Assembly: GCA_963761125.1 (NCBI GenBank) | Contig: CAVXFV010000013.1 | Location: 24,748 to 88,747 of the forward strand | Length of the DNA stretch: 64,000 nt | Reading direction: 5' to 3' | DNA from: Candidatus Latescibacterota bacterium | GTDB lineage: Bacteria; Krumholzibacteriota; Krumholzibacteriia; WVZY01; JAKEHA01 | Part shown: piece after piece, positions 41,563-52,403 of the stretch | Numbering within the stretch: the stretch's first letter is position 1 | Layout of the letters: each line of letters begins with the position of its first letter | Made by a program: the position numbers and the translations under genes | Notes under the pieces: model-generated | Seen by the model: the letters and a program-made list of their open reading frames with translations, nothing else | The model's database searches: none | Told to the model about the DNA's origin: nothing

Positions 41563-44500
41563 TCACGCCGCCCATTCTGTCGACAGCACTTCCGCCTGCT
41601 CCAGGACGAGCTGCGTCGCCTTCTCCTGCTTGTCTGGCGGATAGCCATCTTCCGCAGGATCCGTTTCACCAACACGCGTAACGCCGCGCGTACGTTCTCC
41701 CGAACCGTCCAGTCGATCGTGACGTTGGCGCGGACCTGCTTGACCAATTCCTGCGCGATGGAGCGGAGCGTGTCGTCGCCGAGTACCTGAACAGCGCTGT
41801 CATTGGTTTCCAGCGCGTCGTAGAACGCCAGCTCGTCGTCGTTCAGGCCGAGCTTCTCGCCGCGCTCCTGGGCTTCACGCATGTCGCGGGCGATCCCAAT
41901 GAGTTCTTCGATGACGGCGGCGGCCTCGATGGCCCGGTTCTGGTACTTCCGGATCGATTGCTCGAGCATCTCGGCGAACGACCGCGCCTGCACGACGTTC
42001 TTCCGTCGCCGCACGGCGATCTCGTTCTGCAGCAGCTTGCGCAGCAACTCCGCGGCGAGGTTCTTGAAATTCATCCCCCGCACTTCGTCGAGGAACTCCT
42101 CGGAGAGGATCGAGATGTCGGGCTTGGGAATGCCGGCGGCCGCGAAGATGTCCACTACTCCATAGGAGACCACCGCGCGGGAAACGATCTGACGTACGGC
42201 AAAGTCGACGTCCGCGGGGCCGGCGCCGCCATTGGGCGACCGCTTGGCGAGCACCGATCGGACAGCCTGAAAGAACCCCACATCGTCACGGATGCGCATC
42301 GCCTCGTCGCTGGGCACGGCCAGTGCGAAGGTCTGCGACAATTCGCGCACGGCCGCGATGAAACGCTCCTTCCCCGTCCTCCTGCGCCAGAATGTGCTCC
42401 TGCGCCGCCGGCAGCAGCGCAAGTTGCGCGGTGGCTTTCCCGGAAGTCCACGACGACCAGTCGAACCCATGCAGCATCGCGCAGCAGACTTCGTAACGAG
42501 ACTGCATTGCGGCAATTGCCTCGGCCTGGTCGATGGCGGTCTTACCGGTACCGCCGCTCTTCGTGTACGTCGCGAGCGCTCGCTTGAGTTCGTGGGCGAG
42601 GCCGAGGTAGTCCACCACGAGACCGCCCGGTTTGTCGCGAAACACACGGTTCACACGCGCGATCGCCTGCATGAGCCCATGACCGCGCATGGGCTTGTCG
42701 ATGTACATGGTGTGCAACGACGGCGCATCGAAGCCCGTGAGCCACATGTCGCGCACAATCACCATCTGGAACTAATCATTGGGATCACGGAAGCGATTGG
42801 CCAGCACTTCGCGCCGCGCCTTATTGCGGATGTGCTCCTGCCAGTCAGACGGGTCGGATGCGGAGCCGGTCATCACGACCTTCAGGCTTCCCTTGTCGTC
42901 ATCGTCGCCGCCCGCCCACTTCGGTCGGAGTGCCGCGATCTCCTTATATAGCTCCACGCAGATGCGCCGGCTCATGCAGACGACCATTGCCTTGCCGTCC
43001 ATCGCCTCCAGGCGCGCCTCGAAGTGCTTCACGATGTCTTCGGCGATGAGCTTCAGGCGCTTCTCGGTGCCGACCACCGCCTCCAACTGCGCCCACTTGC
43101 TTTTGAGCTTCTCCTTGTGTGCCTCTTCCTCCTGCTCGGTGACCTCATCAAAATCATCGTCCACTTTGGGCTTCTCGGCCTCGTCCAACGCCAGCTTGGC
43201 CAGGCGGCTCTCATAATAGATAGGCACCGTGGCGTGGTCGCTAACGGCGCGCTGGATGTCGTGATCAGATGTACTCGCCAAACACCGCGCGGGTGCTCTT
43301 GTCGGTCAGCTCGATCGGCGTGCCGGTGAAGCCAATGAATGAGGCGTTGGGAAGCGCGTCGTGCATGTGGCGTGCGAAACCGTCGATGAAGTCGTACTGA
43401 CTCCGGTGTGCTCGTCCGCGATGACGACGATGTTGTGGCGCTCGGAGACACCGGGTGGCGATCGCCCTTGTCTTCCGGCAGGAACTTTTGGATGGTCGTG
43501 AACACCACACCGCCCGACGTGACGCTCAACTTCTCGCGCAGGTCCGCGCGGCTCTCCGCCTGCACCGGCGGCTGCCGCAAGAGGCCCTGACAGCGCGAAA
43601 ACGTGCCGAAGAGCTGGTTGTCCAGATCGTTCCGGTCCGTGAGCACCACGATCGTGGGGTTCTCCATCTCCGGCGCGAGGATCACACGGCCTGCGTAGAA
43701 CGCCATCGAGAGACTCTTCCCCGACCCCTGCGTGTGCCACACGACGCCAATGCGATGATCACCGGGCGAACCACCCGGCTTGCGCGTTTCAAACCGACCA
43801 TAGCGCTCGCGGAAACGGCCCTCCTCCAGCGCTGCACGCAGCGTCTCCTCCAGCGCGACGTTCACCGCATGGAAATGATGATACCCCGCCATTTTCTTGG
43901 TGAGCTCGCCACCCCCATCATCCTCAAAGACGATGAAGTGCCGAATCAAATCGAGGAACCTGCGCTTCTCGAAGACACCCTCAATCGTCACCTGCAACTC
44001 GGGAATACTGGAGTCCGCCGGTTTATCACCCGCAATCGTCCGCCACGGCTTGAACCATTCCTTGCCTGCACCCAGAGCGCCGATCCGGCACTCGACACCA
44101 TCCGAGACCACGAGCGCGCAGTTGTACACGAACAACGACGGAATCTGCTGCTGATACGTCTGCAGCTGCTGCCACGCCGTCCAGATCGTCGCATTCTCAT
44201 CCGCCGCATTCTTGAGCTCAATCACCGCCAACGGCAGCCCATTCACAAAGATCACAATATCCGGCCGCCGATTGTGCTTATTCTCCACCACCGTAAACTG
44301 ATTCACCGCCAGCCAGTCATTGCTCTCCGGATTCTCGAAGTCCACCACCCTGACCTGCGCCCCCGCAATGGAACCGTTCTCCCTCCGATACTCCACCGCG
44401 ACACCATCAACAAGCATGCGATGAAAGACGTGATTGCGAGCAAGAAGCGAAGGGCCGGAGACGAGTTTGAGTTTGCGATACGCATCCTCAATAGCCTCCG

Positions 44501-44696
44501 TCGGAAGGTCGGGGTTCAAACGCACGAGAGCCGATCGGAGCCGCCCTTCAAGGAGGACGTCGTGAAAATTGGGGTCGGTGCGTTCGGCGTTGGCTTCTCC
44601 GAACGCGATGTCGGGGCCATAGACCGGGCTGAAATCGAGGCCATCGAGCCAGTCGAGAGCAGCCTCTTCGACGATGGATTCGGTGAAGCGGATCAT
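41563..44696 (-). pseudogene. hsdR: Type I restriction enzyme R subunit (HsdR), several frame changes plus in-frame TAG at 42772-42774
   Basis: ORF 43053..44696 carries [65 protein letters not shown]. Then [21 protein letters not shown] (43265..43510 frame), ..[11 protein letters not shown].. (42772..43281), [40 protein letters not shown] (42286..42765). The C-terminal helical domain (41526..42647) ends, after a last frame change, ..[26 protein letters not shown] with TGA at 41565..41563. Confidence 0.9.
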
Positions 44697-45559
44697 CTCG
44701 ACGCACGTCCTCGACGCGCGCTGTCAAGCGGACCGCGTACGAAACGTGAAATATTCGCCACCACGTCGCGCAGGCTTGGTGCTTCAAGACGGTTGTTGTC
44801 AAGAAAGGCTTTCCACTGCGCCTGTTTCTTGACGTCTCCAGCGAACTCCTCGGTAAGGCCGACCGGCAACTCGTCTGGCAGCGTTGTTCTCCGGCGCTCA
44901 AAGGTTGCCGCAATCGCATCACCAAGCAAACCCGGATCCATTGCGCCCTCGCGAGCCAGCGCGTACAGGTCGTAGTAGTCCTTCATGCGGCTGTTTGCCA
45001 TGCCGAAATTTGCAATGGATTCCAGTTTTTCGGCCACGACCGTGACGCGCGGATAGACCTTGAGGCGCGCAGCCGGGACGCCGTCGAGAAGCGCCGGAAA
45101 ATCCGCCTCCTCCGCGCCCGGAGTCACCGCATCGCCGTAACCCACATCGAGCTGCAGGGCACTCCTCGCGTTCCCAGATACCCGGTCAGCCTCACGCGGA
45201 GCCCACCGTAGCGAGTTTCCTCACGAGATTCTCGACCACAACGGACGCTGCATCGAATGTCATCCCATCGTCGCATTCGATGGCACTCACGCGACGAATC
45301 ACGTTACCGATGCAAGCGCATCCATCTCACCAAGTCCGAGAAAGTCCGCGTCGCGTGTCGGCCGGTGGGGCATGCCGAACCATAGATCGAACAGGATCGC
45401 ACCCTTCAACCAGAATTGCTCCCGCGCTTCAGAGACCGAGAGCCGGTAGAGCCACCGTTCCACGGCATACCGGTTCAGGATCATGTTGAAGTCGTCGCCT
45501 TGCGACTTTGCGAGGTTGAGCAGCCTGGCATGAACCGACGCCGCCCGCCCGCCACTCAC
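44693..45559 (-). pseudogene. abiEii: AbiEii/AbiGii-family nucleotidyltransferase toxin (type IV TA, DUF1814), 2-3 frame changes as assembled
   Basis: A GTG at 45559 overlaps the abiEi TGA. VSGGRAASVHARLLNLAKSQGDDFNMILNRYAVERWLYRLS..FWLKGAILFDLWFGMPHRPTRDADFLG (ORF 45299..45715). Middle piece ..YGGLRVRLTGYLGNARSALQLDVGYGDAVTPG read from 45146-45300. C-terminal part in ORF 44693..45145 (..SRMKDYYDLYAL..). Its TGA overlaps the hsdR ATG. Confidence 0.8.
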
Positions 45560-46155
45560 GATAGCGCCTCGAGGTAGGGGCGCATCACGTTGACCACACG
45601 GTCGATCTGTGCGAAACGCCAGAGATCGTCCATGGAAGCCCGCTTTTCGCGGCGCGCCTCGCGCAGCGCTTCGAGCGCCACGTCGAGGCCAACCTTGTTG
45701 CGGAACTTGAAGCAATCGGCAATCGTCTTGGCGACACTGGTGACCCGGATCGTCGTACCATCAACTTTGCGCGTTTCAACACCCGCATTGAGTGATGCAG
45801 GAAATACGCGCACCGTGCGCAGCCGGGGGTATGCCATGCGTGGCGGATGGTCCTTGTTCCCGATTGCGATCCAGACCTCGTGGGGCGATTGCGTGGTGAG
45901 GTCGTGGACCCGCAGCGCAGTCAGCAGACAAAACACCACCCGGGGTGCCCGCTTGGCGACTTCGACCATGGCGGCGTGCTCGCCACCCTCATAGTCGGGC
46001 AGCGCATAAAGCCCGCGCGCCACCCGCACCAGCGTGCCGGCGGCGACCCTGCGCGATATTTCGCTACGCGAAATGCCCGCGGCGACCAGTTCCCAGGATC
46101 TCGCCGTCCCCCCGCGGCCCAGGATCCGCTTGATCTGTCGATCGGCCGTCTTCAT
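45556..46155 (-). CDS. abiEi: AbiEi-family antitoxin / transcriptional regulator (type IV TA), intact 199 aa
   Basis: MKTADRQIKRILGRGGTARSWELVAAGISRSEISRRVAAGTLVRVARGLYALPD (N-terminal wHTH typical of AbiEi_4). C-terminal ..TSVAKTIADCFKFRNKVGLDVALEALREA.. The gene is paired head-to-tail with an AbiEii-like gene. Confidence 0.85.
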   Translation of the reverse strand: MKTADRQIKRILGRGGTARSWELVAAGISRSEISRRVAAGTLVRVARGLYALPDYEGGEHAAMVEVAKRAPRVVFCLLTALRVHDLTTQSPHEVWIAIGNKDHPPRMAYPRLRTVRVFPASLNAGVETRKVDGTTIRVTSVAKTIADCFKFRNKVGLDVALEALREARREKRASMDDLWRFAQIDRVVNVMRPYLEALS

Positions 46156-46172
46156 CCCCCAGATGTTCCATA

Positions 46173-46202
46173 GTTTCGGTAGTTCCTGTCAACTACCGAA
46201 AC
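46173..46202. promoter_or_regulatory. Perfect 12-bp inverted repeat (6-nt spacer) overlapping a TTGACA hexamer; candidate AbiEi operator/promoter
   Basis: GTTTCGGTAGTT-CCTGTC-AACTACCGAAAC, 18-47 nt upstream of the abiEi ATG (46155). On the minus strand the centre reads ggtagTTGACAggaac. Confidence 0.45.
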
Positions 46203-46498
46203 AACGGAACAGCGGCAGCCCATTAAAAAGATCACAACATCCGTTGCACCACACCTACCCCCTCCATCCTCATCACCTTGCGAAAAGCGTCTTGCACCGC
46301 CTCAACAGGCCGGTCGGGATTCAGACGTACAAGCGCATCACGCACCCGTCCTGCCAGCATCACCTCCCAACAGACTCTTTGCTCCGTCCCAAGCATCTCC
46401 GGCGCAATTTCTGGGCCGTGCAAGACGTGCCAGCCGGCAGCCTCTAGCCAAGCCAGCGCAGCGCCTTCGACTACTGATTCGGTAAAGCTACTTCCCAT
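46200..46498 (-). pseudogene. hsdR: Relic of a second, divergent hsdR (N-terminal about 80 aa, internal deletion, then a short PDVVIFLNGLPL piece; truncated)
   Basis: ORF 46232..46498, [64 protein letters not shown], aligns with the N-terminus of the full HsdR ([49 protein letters not shown]). 46204-46245 encodes (P)DVVIFL(N)GLPL, corresponding to [12 protein letters not shown] at 44225-44260. No helicase domain follows. Confidence 0.7.
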
Positions 46499-47055
46499 CG
46501 CGCTTCGGCTGCTTGCTCGACTTCACAACGACCTCCATCGGCTCTCCTACTGCGGCACGCCTGCTACTCATGTAGACGATCTCGTCCTTCGCGACCGCTT
46601 GCGCAAGCGCAAGGATCTCGTCAACTCTGACATAAAACAATCCCTTGGGTTTCTGCCGGCCCGATGACACGAATAACCCGTCAAGTTGTCTAGTGTGGTC
46701 GTCGAACGAAGGTATGAAAATGAAGCTGTGGATGATCTGGTTGCACCAATCCTCTAGGGGGATAGCCTTCCCGGCACCGTTGGAGAGGTCGTATAGCTCG
46801 TCGAGCTTGTGCCAATTCAGCAGGTCCACCGCCTTGCCGGTCGGCGGGTACTCAACAACATTGATTGTGCGCGCCTCAAGTTCATCGGACAGTTTCTTCG
46901 CCTCAATCAGCTTGGGAAGCCTAGGCCATGTAGAAGATTTCCTGCTCAAACTTGGCTCCAGTCGCCTGCGTCCACCGCTTCTGCACTGCACGCTTCCTGA
47001 TCAAGCCTGCCAGTCTCGCGACCTCGGCCTTCCAAGGGCCTGAGTCCCAGATCAT
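46488..47055 (-). CDS. Uncharacterised ~188-aa protein embedded between hsdS and the hsdR relic (one frameshift near 46924); no family recognised
   Basis: The ATG at 47055 overlaps the hsdS TGA (ATGA). MIWDSGPWKAEVARLAGLIRKRAVQKRWTQATGAKFEQEIFYMA, then ORF 46488..46991: ..LPKLIEAKKLSDELEARTINVVEYPPTGKAVDLLNWHKLDELYDLSNGAGKAIPLEDWCNQIIHSFIFIPSFDDHTRQLDGLFVSS..EILALAQAVAKDEIVYMSS.. GC is about 45-50% against about 68% in the flanks. No P-loop. Confidence 0.55.
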
Positions 47056-48350
47056 GTGCCCCTCCCAACCAGTTGCTCTGCATTGGACACACGGAGCTCG
47101 CCGGAGATGAGCTTGGGCAGCAACGCGTCGCGCAGGGCGACGAGGGTGCGGGATTGGTGAATGCTGGCGATGATTCGGTCAACCGACGGCTGCACCAACT
47201 TGCTGAATGCCTCGGCTACGGGTTCTGGTGGAAGCACGATTTCGTAGCGGGCCATGTCAGCCCAACTGGTCCGTGGCATCTTTGTGCCAGTCGAGCCAGC
47301 GTTTGTGTACTCGACGAATTCATCACTCGATACATGATCGAGGACGAATCCGAACCAGTGTCTGCCCTTTGGGACCACAACAACAATTCAGTTGAGCAAA
47401 CGCCATTGACCGGCGCAACACCGACCTTGTGAAAATAAAGGCCGGAGCTCCCGAAGAGAATCTCTCCCTTCCTAAACTCGAACTTGTTGCTTTCAAGTCC
47501 TTCGGCGGCGCCCCAGTCAGGACAGGGCAATGCAGCGCTTCGGCATGTGTTCGAGCGCGATGTAGGGGACGGCTGGCTCGATCGCGTCGGGTTGCACACT
47601 CCGGCGCGGGTGCTCGGCAACCTCACCAAGCTTTCCCACCTCCCACCCCCCCGGGATTTCGCCGAGCTTCGGAGTCGACGAGGCAGGAGGAAAATAGATC
47701 GGCGATGTGCTTTGGGAGGCCGGGGTCGCGGCCCTCCGCTTTCGCGCGGACGGGGTCGAAGTCCACGAACCACGACTTGAAGAGCGCCCGCGCGATGGCC
47801 TCGAGCGTCTCGCTCATTCGGCGGTTCAGTTCGATCTTGTCGTCGAGCGTGCCGAGGATGTGGGCGATGGCGCGTTGTTCCGAAAGCGGAGGGACGCAAC
47901 GAGAGTGCTCGGAAATCAGTCTTGTTGAGACTTCGGCCGCGCGACATCGCTGAGAGAATGCTGCGAAGGCACTCCGGCCAAGACTCGCGGCCATGTAATA
48001 GTAAAGGAAGTCCCGATCGAGCTGTTTTCGCTTTTGGCCTACAAAGAACTGCGTTAGGACCAAGCGCATTCGGTGCCGCGTTGCGGACACGCGAAAACAC
48101 TGTGCCGGCATTTGCGCCAACATTTGCGATCAGCTATATCGCCAGGTTCAAGCGCGCTCCTTGCGGAGAAAGTCGTATGACGCCTTGTCGACGAAACGAA
48201 GTCGCCAGTCCACCCGGCGTTATGATCTACAAGGCGAACTAGCACGGCGTAGTCCGGCTCGCTCCGATATGTGACGTTATTGCGCAAAGACTTCAAAGCT
48301 TCCGTTTGCGACGTAGTCCGTCACATTCGCGACATCAGCGATGCGTGCGT
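47052..48350 (-). pseudogene. hsdS: Type I R-M specificity subunit (HsdS), at least 4 frame changes as assembled; start approximate
   Basis: Central conserved region [49 protein letters not shown] (ORF 47623..48123). TRD pieces: NVTDYVANGSF..LRNNVTYRSEPDYAVLVRLVD (48054..48296 region) and GEILFGSSGLYFHKVGVAPVNGVCSTE (47216..48100). Distal conserved region VVPKGRHWFGF..QSRTLVALRDALLPKLISGELRV (47052..47378). Confidence 0.8.
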
Positions 48351-48365
48351 TGCGCCACTCACCCG

Positions 48366-49960
<1,595 letters not shown>

Positions 49961-49986
49961 CCGACGGGCAGGACTGAGCATAAGGG

Positions 49987-50016
49987 TGGGAGGCTCCCCG
50001 ATTCGAACGGGGAAAC
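49987..50016 (-). other. tRNA 3'-end-like fragment (T-arm plus 3' acceptor strand only); possible att-site remnant
   Basis: Minus strand reads CCCCG-TTCGAAT-CGGGG-AGCCTCC: a 5-bp T-stem, the canonical TTCGAAT T-loop, and a 7-nt acceptor 3' strand. No complementary GGAGGCT 5' acceptor strand and no D or anticodon arm is found in the next 100 nt upstream, so this is not a complete tRNA. Confidence 0.5.
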
Positions 50017-50131
50017 TATAGCATGGGGACGGGGCGGAGGGGCAAGCGTTGAAGTCACCGGGCCCTGACGCCGGCGCCGTTCCCCCATTTTCCCCGTCAA
50101 ACGCGGCACCCCGTCAACCGTGCTGCCCTCC

Positions 50132-50524
50132 CTACGTCGCGGTGATCTCCGCGCCCAGTGCTTCCAGTTGTTCGCGGAGAATCGAGCGGTGGCAGTGGGA
50201 CTCGTCTTCGCAGTAGCACCCGATCGCGAGGTTCGTCGTATGGGACAGCGCCGCGAGGAGCTCCAGTTCGCGTCGTGCCGCGGGCGACTTCAACTCGGCG
50301 AGGAACTTCCGCCGGAACGTCTTCCACGCGCGTTCATCTTTGACCGGGAACGTCGCCTTGAGCAGCGGCTCGGTGGGCGCGAGATTCGGAAACCACACAT
50401 CGTAGAAGTCGCGTGTGGCGAACTGGTCCTTCGGGACACCGCGCGGGGGTCTCCGGACGGTCCCGATGCGCAGACCCTCGTTCTTCGCGCGCGGGCTCCC
50501 CAGTCTCACGATTCGGATCGACAT
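50132..50524 (-). CDS. DUF488 family protein
   Basis: Intact 130-aa ORF: [87 protein letters not shown]. This is the typical DUF488 pattern, recalled from memory. Confidence 0.8.
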   Translation of the reverse strand: MSIRIVRLGSPRAKNEGLRIGTVRRPPRGVPKDQFATRDFYDVWFPNLAPTEPLLKATFPVKDERAWKTFRRKFLAELKSPAARRELELLAALSHTTNLAIGCYCEDESHCHRSILREQLEALGAEITAT

Positions 50525-50576
50525 CGCTCCCCCTCGCTTGTAAAAAATGTGCGTACTCCCGCTGCGGGAGTGCCTG

Positions 50577-51067
50577 TCATGTTTCGTCCGCCGTCGGGCC
50601 GTAGACGGACGGCAACGGGACGTCGAGCATTCGCAGGTAGACCGAGAGTTGTCCTCGATGATGGATCAGATGATTCAGGCCCGACGTGCGGATCACGACG
50701 AAGCGCGGCAATTCGAAGATCACGCGTTCGCCGTATCGGTAGCGCCATGGTTCGAGGAGTTGCTCCTCCGATAACGCGTCCAGCGTTTCATGGGCACGCG
50801 CGACGTTGCGATCGAATGCAGCGACGATACCCTCGACGATCGCCGGCGGCGCGACGACCGTGTTGTGGTCGAACTCGTCCTGGAGCAGCGGCGCGATAAA
50901 CACCCCTGGCAGACCCGCGATGTGCGCGGCGATCTCCCCCAGTGTCCGCGACCGCGTGTGCGGCCGCCACGAAAACGACGCCTGCGGTACGCGCTCGAGC
51001 ATCTTACGCGTGGTCGCGGCTTCGATCTGAGTTCGGCCGTGAAGGCCTCCGTTGCGTTCATGGTCAT
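50577..51067 (-). CDS. DinB-family (DinB_2-like) metal-dependent four-helix-bundle protein; one frameshift near 51030
   Basis: ORF 50577..51002 carries ..RTLGEIAAHIAGLP..LNHLIHHRGQLSVYLRMLDVPLPSVYGPTADE. The N-terminal 20 aa (MTMNATEAFTAELR..) lie in another frame starting at 51067. Confidence 0.7.
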
Positions 51068-51099
51068 CCCCTTCCCTGCGGCAGATTCCCTTTCCCCGC

Positions 51100-51663
51100 C
51101 TAATAGATTCCCGGGATCAGACGTTTGGTCGCTCGACAGTAGTCGGCGTACTCGTCGCCGAACGCACGGCGGAGCATGTCCTCCTCGACGTGGATGCGGT
51201 AGAGCACCGCGGCGACGATGGGAACGAGCATCGTGAACAGGCTGACCCAGTTCCCGTAACTCAGCCCGAGTCCCGCAAACGCGAGCAATAACCCGCTGTA
51301 CGACGGATGACGAACCGCGCGGAACGCGCCGGTGCGGACCACGTGCTGGCCGGTCTGCACGGCCACGTCGACGGTGAAAAACCGGCCCAGCGTTAGAATC
51401 GCTGCCAACCGGAGCATCAGACCCGCGACAAGCAACGCCAAAGCGGCCGCGAGCACGACGCTCCGACTTGCGTCGATCGCTCCGGCACTCCGAAATCGCA
51501 CCACGTTGGCGGCCGTAACCCCGAAGGCGATGGCGATCCACATCAGGGCGAGTGAACCGCGGTCCCGTTTCGTGGCGGCCACGCGCGTGGCGCGCACCCA
51601 CAGGGCGAGCACCACCTCGGATACCACCCAGGCCAGCGTCAGCGCGTTGAGGATCGCCGCCAT
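51100..51663 (-). CDS. Isoprenylcysteine carboxyl methyltransferase (ICMT/PEMT-like) family membrane methyltransferase
   Basis: Intact 187-aa polytopic ORF with ..HVVRTGAFRAVRHPSYSGLLLAFAGLGLSYGNW..EEDMLRRAFGDEYADYCRATKRLIPGIY. Confidence 0.85.
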   Translation of the reverse strand: MAAILNALTLAWVVSEVVLALWVRATRVAATKRDRGSLALMWIAIAFGVTAANVVRFRSAGAIDASRSVVLAAALALLVAGLMLRLAAILTLGRFFTVDVAVQTGQHVVRTGAFRAVRHPSYSGLLLAFAGLGLSYGNWVSLFTMLVPIVAAVLYRIHVEEDMLRRAFGDEYADYCRATKRLIPGIY

Positions 51664-52307
51664 TATCCGCCTTCGGGACCGTCAGAGCCCGGGCTCGGTA
51701 CGTCCGACGCCGGCCATTCCAGCCCGACTCGCAGCATCGCCCGCGCACCCAGTCCATAACGCTTCACGCATCGGTATGCTTCCCGGAAGGGAATGTCGGT
51801 TCGCCGGACTCGATCCTCGCCCATCAAGTACACGGCCCCCGACTTCGGGTCGGGTGTCCCGGGTACGAACACGGCCAGGTAGCCCGCCTCCAACTGTTCG
51901 AAAACGAATCCGATCTGCCAGGAGTCTTCGATGCGCGCGAGGACGACGGGACGCTCGTTCTCTTCCCCCGATCCCAGCAGACTTCCGCTGAGTGTCTTGA
52001 GGATTTCGTAACCGGGCAGGTTCGAGAGAATCGCCGACTCCAGCCAGTTGGTCGTCTTCTTGGCGGCGGCGCTCCGCGCGAGAACGCCGGCGATGAAGCA
52101 GAGGAAGATCAACAGAACGATCGCCAGCGCCTTCGGCGCATCGAGTCCGATGATCGATTCTACCGGGAGGCGGTTCGCGAGCGGAAGGACGAGCTTGCGC
52201 ATGATTTCCAGCGCTTTGCCGAGCAGCAACAACAACACGATGATCGGCAACAGAAACAGCACACCGCCCGCGAGCGTCGTACGAATGAACCTTTCAATCG
52301 TTTTCAT
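51663..52307 (-). CDS. DUF502 family membrane protein
   Basis: MKTIERFIRTTLAGGVLFLLPIIVLLLLLGKA..LAIVLLIFLCFIAGVLA..SNLPGYEI..GYLAVFVPGTPDPKSGAVYLM. Start chosen at the internal ATG 52307 of ORF 51663..52343. Confidence 0.75.
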   Translation of the reverse strand: MKTIERFIRTTLAGGVLFLLPIIVLLLLLGKALEIMRKLVLPLANRLPVESIIGLDAPKALAIVLLIFLCFIAGVLARSAAAKKTTNWLESAILSNLPGYEILKTLSGSLLGSGEENERPVVLARIEDSWQIGFVFEQLEAGYLAVFVPGTPDPKSGAVYLMGEDRVRRTDIPFREAYRCVKRYGLGARAMLRVGLEWPASDVPSPGSDGPEGG

Positions 52308-52403
52308 GAGTCTCCGTTCGGCTCCTGCAGGTGACAGGAACACGCGTGCGAGTCTATATCAGTTGGATCGTACCTGTCTCGCCCGTCTCGCGGCCCTGGG
52401 TGC

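Noticed and set aside
14276-42774. Possibility that the two in-frame TAG codons reflect stop-codon reassignment or pyrrolysine.
   Set aside because: TAG clearly terminates the M14 peptidase (9873-9875), STK2 (15827-15829) and the sulfatase (28639-28641) at family-typical C-termini. No pyl genes are seen.
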